NCBI GenBank assembly: GCA_964016885.1
Contig: OZ024740.1
Coordinates: 260,648,001 to 260,712,000 of the forward strand
DNA: 64,000 nucleotides
DNA from: Eledone cirrhosa
Lineage: Eukaryota
Reading direction: 5' to 3'
In this document: piece after piece, positions 25,253-38,026 of the stretch
Layout: every line of letters begins with the position of its first letter
Numbering within the stretch: the first letter of the stretch is position 1
Notes under the pieces: model-generated
Database searches by the model: none
Told to the model about the DNA's origin: nothing
What the model saw: only the letters and a program-made list of their open reading frames with translations
Translations under genes and position numbers: made by a program

Positions 25253-25425
25253 CACTATCGGTAGAGGGTCGGACGCCATGCTTTCAACCATAGTTACGTC
25301 CCTTTACGATCTGAGTTCAAATCCCGCCGAGGTTGACTTTGCCTTTCGTCCTTACGGGGTCGATAAAATAAAGTACCAGTAATGCACTGGGTAATTGCTG
25401 GCCTTGTGCCTAAAGTAGAAACAAG
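25253..25425 (+). mobile_element. SINE family 2
   Basis: B-box GAGTTCAAATCC; reverse complement of 748-918; partial second copy at 25450-25530. Confidence 0.8.
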
Positions 25426-26074
25426 TATTCATTTCACTTCTCGGCACCCTGTTTTCAAATCCTGCCGAAGTCAATTTTGCCTTTTGCCCATTCGAGGTCG
25501 ACAAAAAAAGTATTAGTCTAGTACTGGGTTTGATTCTTTCTCTATACCTCTTTCTCACTTCTATTCTCTCACTCTCTATCCTTCTCTGGAAGAAATTTGC
25601 TGTATTCAAACCTGGAGAGGAGATGGGCTCCGCCAGGTTTAAAATTGACCTAGAAACACTGTTTGTTAATACACCATACCTACACCTCCTTTGGGAGTTA
25701 CGGGGGAACCATGCACACATGTATGGCTCCGTTTGGAATATTTGAAAGTCTGCTCCATTACCCTTGGCTAGAAAAGAAACTACATTCCTAGATAATATAC
25801 ATAACTCCCAACCCACACACTTATCTACCTACCCATCTTTCTGATGTTCAGGGCCCATGGTATTATAGCTCTGTAAAAAAAAAAATCCCTTTATATACAC
25901 TTTTTTTATTATTTTGTTTCATATTTTTTAATCTTTGCTTTTTTCTTTCTTTTTCCTTCCCTTATTTTTAATTTCTTTTTTTCCATCTTCGTTTTTTTCT
26001 TTCTTTCCTGTTTTCTTTCTTTCTCTATATCTGTGAAAGTTCTGTTCTATAATTTGTCTCCATTATTCTAACAG

Positions 26075-26136
26075 ATTATCATATCTGCCTATCCACAGAA
26101 TGGCTGGAGCTATCTGGAGATATTTCCTGGAGTTAG
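26075..26136 (+). other. Candidate host-gene exon (62 nt)
   Basis: Long pyrimidine tract upstream, acceptor attctaacag, donor TTAG/gtaaac; open frame LSYLPIHRMAGAIWRYFLEL. Confidence 0.5.
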
Positions 26137-26537
26137 GTAAACACATACACACACACAAAAAAAAAAATTAATAAATAAGCAAAACAAACAAACTTGACAC
26201 CGGCTGCTTATACTCCTAGCTTGGCTATGACCATGTTGTTTATGCATGCCTTTTGTTTTTTAATTTTGTTTTGTTTTGAACTACCATGCCATACCCACTT
26301 CCATCCTATAGCTGTTCCTGTTGAACATGAACATGACAATGGCTTTTTTTTTCTACATATATATATATGTATTCCTGCAGCTGCACATGCCTTAACTGAT
26401 TGCCAATGATGTGGTGGTGTTCATCACAAGCCAGCATGGTTTGTTAACATGACTGATGAAATTTGTTTCAGTGTGTTTCACATCTTCCCGAATGTTTGTT
26501 TATGAATTGTAGATGGCAGCAAAATTTGTTATTCAGC

Positions 26538-26595
<58 letters not shown>

Positions 26596-26714
26596 CATAC
26601 ACACACACACATACAGGGATAAAGTGATGATTCCAAACTGCCACTAGAAATAGCAGTCAATATAGATCTTCAATCAGTTCACCATATACATATACACAAA
26701 CACACACACATATA

Positions 26715-27400
26715 TGTATGTATGTGAATGTCGTATATCTAAAAATATACGGTATGTTTAATAAATAAACATTTTGAAAGCCACAGCTATGAATAGAAGG
26801 CTGGCGGTCAACGCTGCCTTCGAACTTAATGGTTCTCATTAGGACAAAGCTTCCCACTTCCTACTGCTGGACTTTGAGACAGGTGAAAATATACAGTTTT
26901 CTCATCTGTGTAAATGGGCTGATTAGCCTCATTTGCATACAAAGTTGTATAAGTTGGCTCAACTTACAATAGAATTAGAATATGTATATATGTATGTCAA
27001 TTTTGTATATCTAAAGATATATGATATGTTTAATAAATAAACATTTTGAAAGCCACAGCTAAATTCTAATACTATTTTAAGTTAAGCCAACTTATACAGC
27101 ATATACAAATGAGGATAATCAGCCCATTTACACAGACGAAAAAACTATATATTTTTGCCTGTTTCAAAGGTCAGCAGTAGGAAGAGGGAAACATTGCCCT
27201 TATGAGAACCATTTAAGTTTGAAATGCATAGACAGTTGTCCCCCTTGTTTCCGCTGGACACGGTTAGGTGGTGCTGGCCACCAGCCTTCTATTCATAGTT
27301 GTGGCTTTCATAATGTTTATTTATTAAACATACTGTATATCTGTAGATATACGAAATTCACATACATATTTGCATACAGCTATGTCAAAGCTAAATTCTA
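26715..27400. mobile_element. Inverted duplication of a ~270 bp element with a decayed hammerhead (27194-27234, +)
   Basis: 26720-26980 is the reverse complement of 27063-27365; TTGCC-CTTATGA-GAAC..GTTT-GAAA-TGCA-TA-GACA. Confidence 0.8.
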
Positions 27401-27419
27401 AATATATATATATATATTT

Positions 27420-27620
27420 TATCTCTCTAAAAACTTTTATTTTTCCAATTCCACCTTGCCCATCCTTTCAATCTTTCTAATTTCTCATTCTTTCTTCTGA
27501 TGAAGGACTAGTGTCCAAAACGTTAAGACCCTCTTCTTGCTATTTCAAACATTAACCTAATATATTCCTTCCATATACTGTACCGATTGTGTTGTTATTT
27601 CTCTTTACCTTTTACATACA
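27420..27620 (+). mobile_element. ~200 bp dispersed repeat with minimal hammerhead (second copy 32400-32590)
   Basis: Two-copy consensus TCTT-CTGATGA-A-GGAC TAGY GTCC-GAAACGTT-AAGA. Confidence 0.7.
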
Positions 27621-27653
27621 TATATATATACATGCACGCATATATGTACACAT

Positions 27654-27685
<32 letters not shown>

Positions 27686-27689
27686 TAAA

Positions 27690-27900
27690 CTTTGAGAGGG
27701 TCATGCTGCCAAAAATTAAAAACACATGCACCTGTTGGTTTTCAATTTATTTCAAATTTCCAGGTGGTTGGATTAATAACTGGAAGGTTGTTTATTTATT
27801 GTCAAAGCACTTTCCACATACATACTATGGCCTCCTCAGTGAACAATTTGTTATTTTGTGTCTCTCCTTTGTTCTCTCCTACAATATCTTGTTGTTGTGT

Positions 27901-27974
<74 letters not shown>

Positions 27975-28400
27975 CATGTGTGTGTGTGTGTATATATATA
28001 TATGTGTGTGTATATATATATATGTGTGTGTGTGTATATATATATATCATCACCATCTAATGTCTCTTTTTTCATGCTTGCATGGGTTAGACGGGTTGTC
28101 CCCATTATAAGATAAGTTTGACTACCTAGATGCCCTTCCTAACACCAACCACTATACATACATATATATACTTCGTTTTTGTATTTGTTTTTGTTTTGCA
28201 AGATTTATTATCTGAAAACGTGTGTTGAAACATATATTGTTATACTTTGGTAGGGTCATGTTGCCAATAAAAACACATGCACCTGTTGGTTTTCACTTCA
28301 ATTTATTACAAATTTCCAGTTGGTTGGTTTAATAACCGGAAGGTTGTTTATTTATCGTCAAAGCTCTTTTGTCACACATTCTGTGACCTTCTCAGTGACT
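27690..28400 (-). mobile_element. Two copies (27690-27895, 28245-28400) of the hammerhead-bearing repeat seen at 4430
   Basis: Clear similarity; hammerhead-like cores at 27801-27843 and 28357-28399 on the minus strand. Confidence 0.75.
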
Positions 28401-28417
28401 ATATAAAATGTAAAAGA

Positions 28418-28449
<32 letters not shown>

Positions 28450-28593
28450 AGGAAAAGCGAAGTAGTTTCAGGTGTTCAAGTCCTTTAATAATAATGCTCT
28501 ACTTCGCTTTTCCTTATTCGATATTTACTCCGTCACTCCTATGTGGAAAAAGTACGTTGAGTGCTTGAATTGAATTGCATCAATGTTTACCCT

Positions 28594-28645
<52 letters not shown>

Positions 28646-29177
28646 GCACACAACCGCTAACTCATGCAACTTCACATGGAAAATAGATGTTGAATATTAA
28701 TGACAATGATGATGATGTACAGTTTATTTAGACTAGGGCTTCTCAAAATGTTTCCATCCTTGACTTTCTTTGGACCAAATAAATATTTTTAAAAACCTTC
28801 CCTCATGCTCTAAAGACAATTGGTTCGCTAAAATAAGAAGATGATAGGAAGAGTGTCTATCAACTCATGTTGTGTGTTTAAAGTTGAGTGTTCTGGTGAA
28901 AAGTTCACTTTAAAAGACAAGTGCTCTATCCATTGTCATGTGTGTCTTACAGCTGGAGATAGTTAAACACCACTTCTATTCACTATCACTCCCTCCTTCT
29001 TCTGTCACTATGATGCCTTTCCCTTCTATTACTACTACTGCGCCTCCCCTTCTATCCCCACCATTGTCCCTCTTCCTTCCATCAAAACCATTTTCTCCTC
29101 TTTGCTATTCAAAAAAGGATTAAATATTAATCCTTAATCTCATTCACACCTGGCAAGTGTCAACTACATCTAGAAAA

Positions 29178-29221
<44 letters not shown>

Positions 29222-29234
29222 TTACTAAAAAAAC

Positions 29235-32225
29235 AATGCTATAAACTTTTCTGGGTTGGAAATGACAACGGACTGGGTGGTGTAGGAATTATGTTAGCAG
29301 AAAAATGGGTAGATAAGGTAATTGACGTAAATAGAGTGAGTGACAGAATAATCAAAATAAGACTGGTTCTAAATAGAACTACTGTGACAATAATATCCGC
29401 TTATGCACCCCAATCTCGTCTACCTGACGTTATAAAGGACAGGTTCTATGAGACGCTAATGCACACTACCTCCAAAATAACCGACAGCGACTACTTAATT
29501 ATGCTGGCAACCTAAATGGTCATGTTGGACAACATAGTGATGGCTATGATGGAATCCATGGAGGTTATGGGTTTGGAAATAGAAATGAGGAAGGTTTCAG
29601 AATCCTGGAATTCTGTGACACTAATAACTTAACTATCTGTCACACAAACTTAAAAAAACGGGAAAATCACTTGATTACCTATAGATCAGGGGAACACGCC
29701 AGCCAGATAGATTGTATCCTTACAAGAAGACATGACAAAGTGGCTGTTGTAAACACTAGATCCCTCCCCCGTGAAGAATGCACCTCCCAACATAGCTTCA
29801 TAGTTAGTGACCTCATAGTCAGGAATAGATGTACTCGATGGTAGAGGAGGACTACCTTGAGGAGAAGAATATGGAAGTTGAAGGGCCCCATAGCCAGTCA
29901 CAGATTTAAAAGCTTATTACTCGATGCCTTTGACAATAAGGAAGAGCAATTAGAGACGTGCAATATAGAGGAACAGTGGAAATTCTTGAAAGTGAACCTG
30001 CTGAAAGCAACGGATGAAATCTGTGGCTGGAGCAGATCTATTGGCAGGAGGAGAGTAACTTGGTGGTGGAACAGTAAGGTGGAGGAGACAATCAAGACCA
30101 AAAAGCAGGCTTGGAAAGTATGGGGGAAGTAGAGAACACTATCAAGTGACCAAGAGAGAAGCTAGGAGACAAGTGTACCTTGCAAAAAAGGAAGCAGAGG
30201 ATAGAAAGTTCAAGCATGTTCTACAACGTGAAGACCAAAAACGTGAGGTGTTCAGGATTGCTAGACAATGTGTCAAGGAAAACCGGAGAAGTGTGTCCAT
30301 AATGATAATGGTGTACTTGCCCTCACTGATACTGATAAGAAGGTCACTACAAGAGACTATTAAACAAGGAGAATAAATGGGAAAAAGATAGTCTGCCCCA
30401 AATCGATCCAATAGAAGGACCAGCGGTGCAAGTTAAGGTAGTATAATAAGTAAGGCAATCAAAGATATGAAGACAGGCAAGGCAGCTGGGCCTTTGGAGA
30501 TAGTTGCTGAGATGTTGAAGGCATCTGGAATGGTGGGACACACTATGGTCACCTGTATAGTTAACCAAGTAATACAGAATGGGGTCATACCAAAAGACTG
30601 GCGTAGCAGCATCATCATTAACTGCTACAAGGGTAAAGGGGATGCTCTAGATAGGGGAAACTATAGAGGCATTAAGTTAGTTGACCAGGTCATGAAGGTC
30701 ACAGAAAGCGTTATAGCGCAACTAATCAGAGAGCGAATTGATCTAGATGAAATGTAGTTTGGGTTTGTGTCTGGTAAAAGTACCACAGGTGCTCTTTTCC
30801 TTGTACGACAACTACAGCAGAAGTACCTAGCTAAAAGTAAAACCCCTCTACTTAGCTTTTGTAGACCTAGAGAAAGCCTTTGACAGAGTCCCCTGCTCCA
30901 TTATCTGGTGGGCTCTTAGAAAACTAGGTGTAGATAAATGGCTTGTGAGAGTCAGCAAGGTTAGAATTAACAATGAATATAGTGAAGAATTTAGTGTAAA
31001 AGTTGGTATTCATCAAGGCTCTGTCCTTAGCCCCCTCCTATTTATTATTGCCCTTCAGGCTATAACAGAGGAGTTTAAGACCGGCTGCCCATGGGAACTC
31101 TTATACGCAGATGATCTAACTCTCATAGCTGAATCTATGGCTGAACTAGAGAAGAAATCCCAAACATGGAAGCATAGCCTAGAATCAAAAGGCCTTAAAG
31201 TTAATTTGTCTAAGACTAAAGTTGTAGTATGTAGAAAGGAAAATAGGGCACAGGTGCCCTCAGGGAAATGGCCATGCTCAGTGTGTAGGAAATTCCATTT
31301 TATGTCCCAAATGCAAACTATGGGTACATAAAATATGTAGTGGGATCACAGGTAAACTATCTAAGAACGTAGATTTTATATGTGGCTGATGCGCAGGTGC
31401 AATAAGTAGCAAGTGCCCACAGGATACTAGCTCCTTCTATTGCCCAGATGGTTCTATAGAAATAGTGGACACTTTCCGTTACCTGGGTGACAAAATCAGC
31501 AGTGGTGGAGGGTGCTCTGAAAGTACAGTAGCCAGAGTCAGAACGGGATGGAAAAAGTTCAGAGAGCTTATACTGCTGTTGGCCACAAAAGGTTTCTCTC
31601 TAAAAATGAAAGGCAGATTGTATGATGCCTGTATACGAACAGCAATGCTACATGGCAGTGAGACATTGGCATTGCGTGCAGAGGACCTACGCAGACTGGA
31701 AAGGAACAAAGCATGCATGCTCCGTTGGATGTGTAATAGTAATATACGTGAAGGGCAAAGCATAATGAACTAAGTGAGGAATTAGGAATAAGAGGGATCA
31801 GATGTTGTTTACTTGAGAGAAGACTATGTTGGTATGGTCACGTGATGTGCATGAAAGACGACAGCTGTATAAAAAAGTGCAGGATGATCAAAATTGATGG
31901 TAGTTACGGAGTAGGTAGACCCAGAAAAACCTGGGACGATTTGATAAATTCCGACCTTGCACACTTGCACCTCTCTAAGATAATGTCGCTGGACTGAGAT
32001 CTTTGGCGCCATGCAGTAATACAGAAGACCCGCCTTGCCTATGTACAAAGCGAAACCTACAGTCAGTAGGCACCTCTTAACCAAATATACACCCCAATCC
32101 ACTACCCCTACTTTATCCTCCCATTCCCACCAACACCACCCTCTCTCTGTAAAGTCCGTACCACAACATTCAGTCTAACCCATGCTAGCGTGGAAGATAG
32201 CCATTAAATGATGATGATGATGATA
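29235..32225 (+). mobile_element. Near-full-length RTE LINE family C (APE endonuclease, RT, Cys/His insert), pseudogenised
   Basis: RVSDRII..TIISAYAPQ, QIDCIL, VTWWW, NYRGIKL, DLEKAFD, HQGSVLSP, LLYADD, WPCSVCRK, LHGSET, GRPRKTW, (GAT)n tail; flanked by (TA)n. Confidence 0.95.
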
Positions 32226-32399
32226 TATATATATACTTTGGAAATTAAAACCAAACAGTGCTAATTATATCATATTTTAATTTACATATGATTTAGTAAA
32301 TCTCGTATTTTTGAGCTGTATAACTTTTTCACCTACAATTATCTATTTTTGTATTTGAAAACGAATTACTTAAGAGGTGGCAACATGAATGGACCTGTT

Positions 32400-32590
32400 A
32401 TTTTTCTCTAAAGACATTTTTTTCCAATTCCACCCCGACCGTCCCTTCAATCTATTCTTTCTTCTGATGAAGGACTAGCGTCCGAAATTTTAAAACCCTC
32501 TTCCTGCTATTTCAAGTGTTAACCTAATATATTCGTTACATATACTGTACGGATTTTGTTGTTATTTCTCTTTACCTTTTATGTATATAT
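32400..32590 (+). mobile_element. Second copy of the 27420 repeat
   Basis: cttctgatgaaggactagcgtccgaaa..., collinear with 27420-27620. Confidence 0.75.
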
Positions 32591-32774
32591 ATATATATAT
32601 GCACATATATATATATTAGAAAGTGAGGTTTTTTTTGCAAAATGAAAAAAAAACAAGGTGTCCTACACAAATGAAAGTATAAGGAAAAAAGATGAAGTTG
32701 AAAATGCAACTGGAGTCTTTTTTTTTTAAATATATTCTTCTGATGTGAGAAAAACCTCAAACCTTCCATCTCAA

Positions 32775-32818
32775 TTCTACTTTTGAAAAGCAGAAGAACT
32801 GCGAAACCGGTAAAGGAA
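32775..32818 (+). ncRNA. Minimal hammerhead with U3-A8 core variant, inside a fold-back element (32678-32885)
   Basis: CTT-TTGAAAA-GCAG AAGAA CTGC-GAAA-CCGG-TA-AAG; ~60 bp inverted arms flank it. Confidence 0.65.
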
Positions 32819-33206
32819 CCAAATGAATATATTTAAAAAAAAAAGACTCCAGTTGCATTTTCGATTTCATTTTTTTTCCTTATATATATATATACACACA
32901 CACACACACGCATACACACACACACACACACATACACATACACACACACACAAATAATTTGGCTTTGCTGCTACCACCACTGTGCTGCTCTCTCTCTCTC
33001 TCTCTTGCGTTCTTCCTCTCACACACCCAAACATACACTATCCCTCTTTCACCCCTAAAGTGAGTTTCAATCTTAATATTACAAGGCTAGATTTAGATGA
33101 ATGACTTTCCCCACTTACTATATTCAGACTGAAACTATTTGTATATATAATGTATAATGTATACACATCATGCAAAGAACATCCTTCAGGCATTTTTACC
33201 CCTACC

Positions 33207-33280
<74 letters not shown>

Positions 33281-33309
33281 CAAGGTTAATCTCTCTCTCT
33301 CTCTCAGTA

Positions 33310-33354
<45 letters not shown>

Positions 33355-33439
33355 ATATATATATATTATATACATACACACACACATCTATACACATACA
33401 CACATAGATTAATCATTGGGGAAATAACTCATAGCAATT

Positions 33440-33950
33440 GAGAAGTGATATTAATATTTCTGGTTTTTGATTCTGTTCCCAGAGCAGACATGTTTGTCAT
33501 ACTCCAGCTGTATACTTAATATACCTCAAATGATTCAGCCAATCAAATTGATACAATTTTAGGAATCCTTCAGATTCAGCCAATCAAATTGATACAATTT
33601 TAGGAATCCTTCAAGGTGATTCTTTAGTGCCCTTCCGTTTTATCATTGTCCTTCATTAGATACCTTAAAGTACTTTACACCTACACTAAAACCCCAAACC
33701 CCACCATCCTTAGCTCTCATGGGGAAACAGAAGTCTTTGATGTCATTTTAGGAATCCTTCAAGGTGATTCTTTAGTGCCCTTCCATTTTATCATTGTCCT
33801 TCATTAGATACCTTAAAGTACTTTACACCTACACTAAAACCCCAAATCCCTTAGCCCACCTTGGAAACCAGAAACTTTTTATATCATTTTAGGAACCCTT
33901 CAAAGTGATATTTTAATGCCCTTTTTTGTCATTGTTCTTGATTCTACACT
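33440..33950 (+). mobile_element. RTEX-like RT fragment with internal tandem duplications
   Basis: FDSVPRADMF and LGILQGDSLVPFxFIIVL motifs; the latter occurs three times (33597, 33746, 33887). Confidence 0.65.
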
Positions 33951-33979
33951 TTAAGTAGTAAAGGTGCTGGCTTAGAGGT

Positions 33980-34220
33980 TATCATCATTGTTTTTACATC
34001 CATTTTTCCATGCTCATATGGGTAGGATGGGACCTTTTCAGCACAGCATCTCTCCACCTGCCACATTCCTTTCTCATCTCCTTTGTGAATCTCAGTGCTT
34101 TGAGATTGGCTCTCCTCTGCTCAGGTCTTTCTTGGGCTACCTCTACTCTGGCTTCCTACCACTGAGATTTTCTGGCATTTCTTCACCCAGCAATCATCAT
34201 CCATATACATCACAAGTGTG
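33980..34220 (-). mobile_element. RTE family B 3' end, diverged
   Basis: Similar to 3916-4130 and 42365-42660. Confidence 0.7.
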
Positions 34221-34667
34221 ACTTGTGAAATGTTCAGCCACACAACACATGTAGTTATCAGTACAAACAATAGATACTAATGGTCTTATATAGTCACTCT
34301 GAGACAATGCTCACTCTATCTATCCAGTGTAAGTATGTGGTCTAGTGTGTTGGACTCACAATTATAAGGTTTGGAGTTCAATTCTTGTGACTGGGGCCCT
34401 GATCATTAAAACACTCAGGAAACCTCCTATGAGGTACAACCTTGTAGGAGGCCAGCTAAACCTGCATTAGTGTGAGCTGTAAGTGCAATTTCTTTTCATT
34501 TTTTATTCATTCATACAAAAAAAACAATGCAGATTTTGCAGATAATCTCCCCACTGCTCTAACACTATTACAGGCTACTGATCTTGTTGTAGTTATCTCC
34601 CCTGTTGTTTGTTGTTGTTTTGAGATTATTAATACCCCCAGAAACTAATTATTTGAATAATTTCAGT

Positions 34668-37466
34668 TCTTCTTCTTCTTCTTCTTCTTCTTCTTCTTCT
34701 TCTTCTTCTTCTTCTTCTTCTTCTTCTTCTCCTCCTCCTCCTCCTCCTCCTCCTCCTCCTCCTCCCCCTGAGAGGGTTGTGGGGGCAGAGTTCTCAAACA
34801 CTCCTTCCAGTGGGTCCTGTCAGAAGCAACTGTCTCCAACTGATCTGGCTGGATCCCCAAATGAGACCAGCCAAGCTCATGGATGTTATCCAACCATCTT
34901 GCTTGGGGTCTACCACTGGGTCTTCTGCCAGTTGGTTTTGCCTGTAAAATTTGTTCAGCGATTCTTTCCTGAGACATTTTAACCACATGCTCATACTATT
35001 AAAGTTGTGATTTCTTAATTTGGAGAAGTATCAGCTTTATCTGAAGTGACTCTCTGACCTTCGAGCTACGTACTTTATCGAATAACGTTACTCCAAAGAC
35101 CCTTTGGAGGAATCCTATTTCAGCTGCTTGTATTCGCGATTGTATTCTTTTGGTCATTACCCAAGATTCAGACCATAGGTAAGGGTTGGCACGCAAACCG
35201 AATTGAAGATAGCAAGTTTGGCTTTTACACCTACCTCCCTTCTTCTGATTGCTGAATGCTGAAGCTGGCGCATTACTGTACCAGCTCCAGCAATTCTTGC
35301 ACTTAATTCAGACTCCTTTCTTCCATCACTCTTGAACATGGCCTTGAGATACTTGAACTTCTCCACCTGCTTCAGTGGATCTACATTCACGTGTAGAGTG
35401 CACTGCACAGGTTCCTTGAGAGGACGAGTGTCTCAGTTTTCATAGCGCTGATTTTCATTCCAGCCATGTAGCACTTGACATCAAAACCTATGAAGTGCAT
35501 GCCAGAGATCACCTTCGCAGGTTTGACAAAGTACCAGATTGGTGATTGGCATGAATAATATATTGCAGTCTCCATATCATGCTGCAAAAACTGGCGATGG
35601 GCCCGCGACCTGTTCTGGGAGGTGTAGAATGGACGCACAAAAATTGCATATCCCGAGATTTCAAAGAGGGTTGTGGGGTGGAGCAAATCTTGAAACCTGG
35701 AATGTCACAACCCTTACAGGTAAGGAGCAGGTACTAGTAGAGGAGGCTAGATGCTACCGGTTAGATATATTTGGAGTTTCCTCAACTAAGTTCCGTGGCT
35801 CTGATATTGTAGATTCATATGGAAGATAGAAACTCCATTTTTCAGGTGTGGGGCCAGAAATGACTGCACAGGTGAGAGTGAGGATACTCACAAGCCCCCC
35901 AGCTGTCCATTACAAGGGAGGATTTTCCTCTTGAAGCTTGGGCTGAAAGATAGGTCTCTGTGGGTGGTGCAAGTTTATGTACCAAACAAGGAGTCCGAAT
36001 ACAGATCCTTCCTTGATGAAGTTACTGCAGCATTAGATGTAGTTAAGACTGAGTCATATGTCCTGATGGGCGACTTCAATGCACATGTTGGCACTGACCA
36101 CCTGACATGGAAGGAATGGTGATCTCGATCTGAATATGAATAGAGAGGCCTTACTGGACTTCTGTTTTAGCTATGAACTCTCTATTATGAACACCTTCTT
36201 CCAGCACAGAGACATCCATAAATATATACATGGCAGAAGGGGAATCAGGGACAGAGTTCAATAATTGATTTTGTTATTGTCTCTGATCTCTTCGATTCTC
36301 TGCTGGATATTCATGCTAAGAGAGGGGCTGAGCTGTCAACTGATCACCATCTAGTTATTTGAAACTTGAGACTGCCTAAAGACAAAGAAGCTCACAAAAC
36401 TAGCAGGTCCAGGGCAACCTACAGGATATAGTGAGAAGCATTGGTGGATGAGGAAGTCAGGAACAGGTACACAGATACTACTGCAGCCAAATTCAGAGAA
36501 CTCACTGAACAAACTGAGGACATTGAGACAAAGTGGAGATTGTTCAGCTCAGCAGGTTCTGCTTCAGCTGTTAAAAGCTGCAGGCAAAAGGCTTGATGTG
36601 GTGCCAGATGGCAGGAGGATTCCTTGGTTCAATCAAGAGGTCAAAGATCCCATCCATGCACAGGAGGCCTATAAAGCTTGGCTTGGAAATAAACCCTCCT
36701 TCCTGCACTTGTGGTATAAGCAGGTACGAAGAATTGCAACATAGACAGAAAGGGTGTCCAAAGTTAAGAATGGGAGGACTTTGAGGTTAAGCTGGAATCC
36801 GACTTCAGATCGGCAAATAAAATGTTCAGGCAGACCAGACTTTGTAATAAGAAGTCCTCCTCCACACCTGCTATCAGGAACATATCTGAGGTTCTTCATT
36901 CTTCAGAGAAGTGCATCCTTGCAAGGTGGAGAGAATACTTTGCTTGATCTCCTAAACCAAATCACAACAGCATCTTCTGATGTACACGAGGTGCATCTGA
37001 ACAAAGTACAGCTGACTAAATATTCACTCTGCAAGAAATCGTGGAGTATTGCCGCAAGGTATATTCTTGTTTTGTAGACCTCAAAATGGTATTTTTGGCA
37101 ACCTGCTGTGGAAGGCTGAGCAGGGGTATGGGATCGATGATCAGCTTCTTTCAGCCCTGATGTGTCTATACGAATGCCTGATTATTTGTGTTCAGATAAA
37201 TAATGCTAAATCGAAACCATTCAATGTGGGAGTCAGACTCCACCAAGGGTGTGTACTGTCACCTCATTATTTTCATTTTTGCCTTTCATCCTTACGGGGT
37301 CAATAAAATAAAGTACCAGTAATGTACTGGGTAATTGCTGGCATTGTGCCTAAAGTAGAAACAATTATTTTCATTATTTTTATGAACAGGATTGACATGC
37401 TCAGCTAGGTTGAACTGGCGTGTGTAAAATCAGTTGGAGGGAATTTGCAGATGACATATATTACTT
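34668..37466. mobile_element. Expander/Rex3-like RTE with 5' inversion (3' half on minus, 34668-35500; 5' half on plus, 35500-37466)
   Basis: Plus strand: WNVTTLTGKEQVLVEEARCYRLDI, VYVPN, MGDFNAHVG, EFADD. Minus strand: EKFKYL, SESWVMT, GRRPSGRPQARWLD, (GGA)n(GAA)n tail. Confidence 0.9.
37278..37362 (+). mobile_element. 5'-truncated SINE family 2 inserted into the RTE
   Basis: Interrupts the RT coding sequence and is flanked by the duplication ATTATTTTCATT. Confidence 0.8.
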
Positions 37467-37967
37467 GTGTTTCTAATTAGTGTATATATAATCTTATCTT
37501 ATACTATATAAAAAGGAAGTTTGTTTGTTGACCGTCAATGACATAAAATCCTGAATACATTGCTAATAATTAAAGTATTGTCTAGAATTGCTCTCTCTCT
37601 CTCACTGTGTCTATCGCCTCTCTCTCTCTCTCTACATATATATATTTCGTTAGATTAACATTTTTTTCTGATAATTTAATCAGTTTTTTTTTATATTTTC
37701 CCCCAAAAAATTTACTAAGTCTAAGGGAGCTTACTCACTTATACATTAAAAAAAAAAGGAATTTACATTTGCCAATAACTGTGTAATATACACATATTTA
37801 TACATGTGTGTATACATATGTATATTTATATGTCTTTATACATCTATTTATATATGTGTGTATATATATATTTATACATGTGTGTATATCATCATCATCA
37901 TCATCATCATTTATACACACATGTATAAATATATATATATATATGGAGTAACCTTTCGTCCTTGTTT

Positions 37968-38009
<42 letters not shown>

Positions 38010-38026
<17 letters not shown>

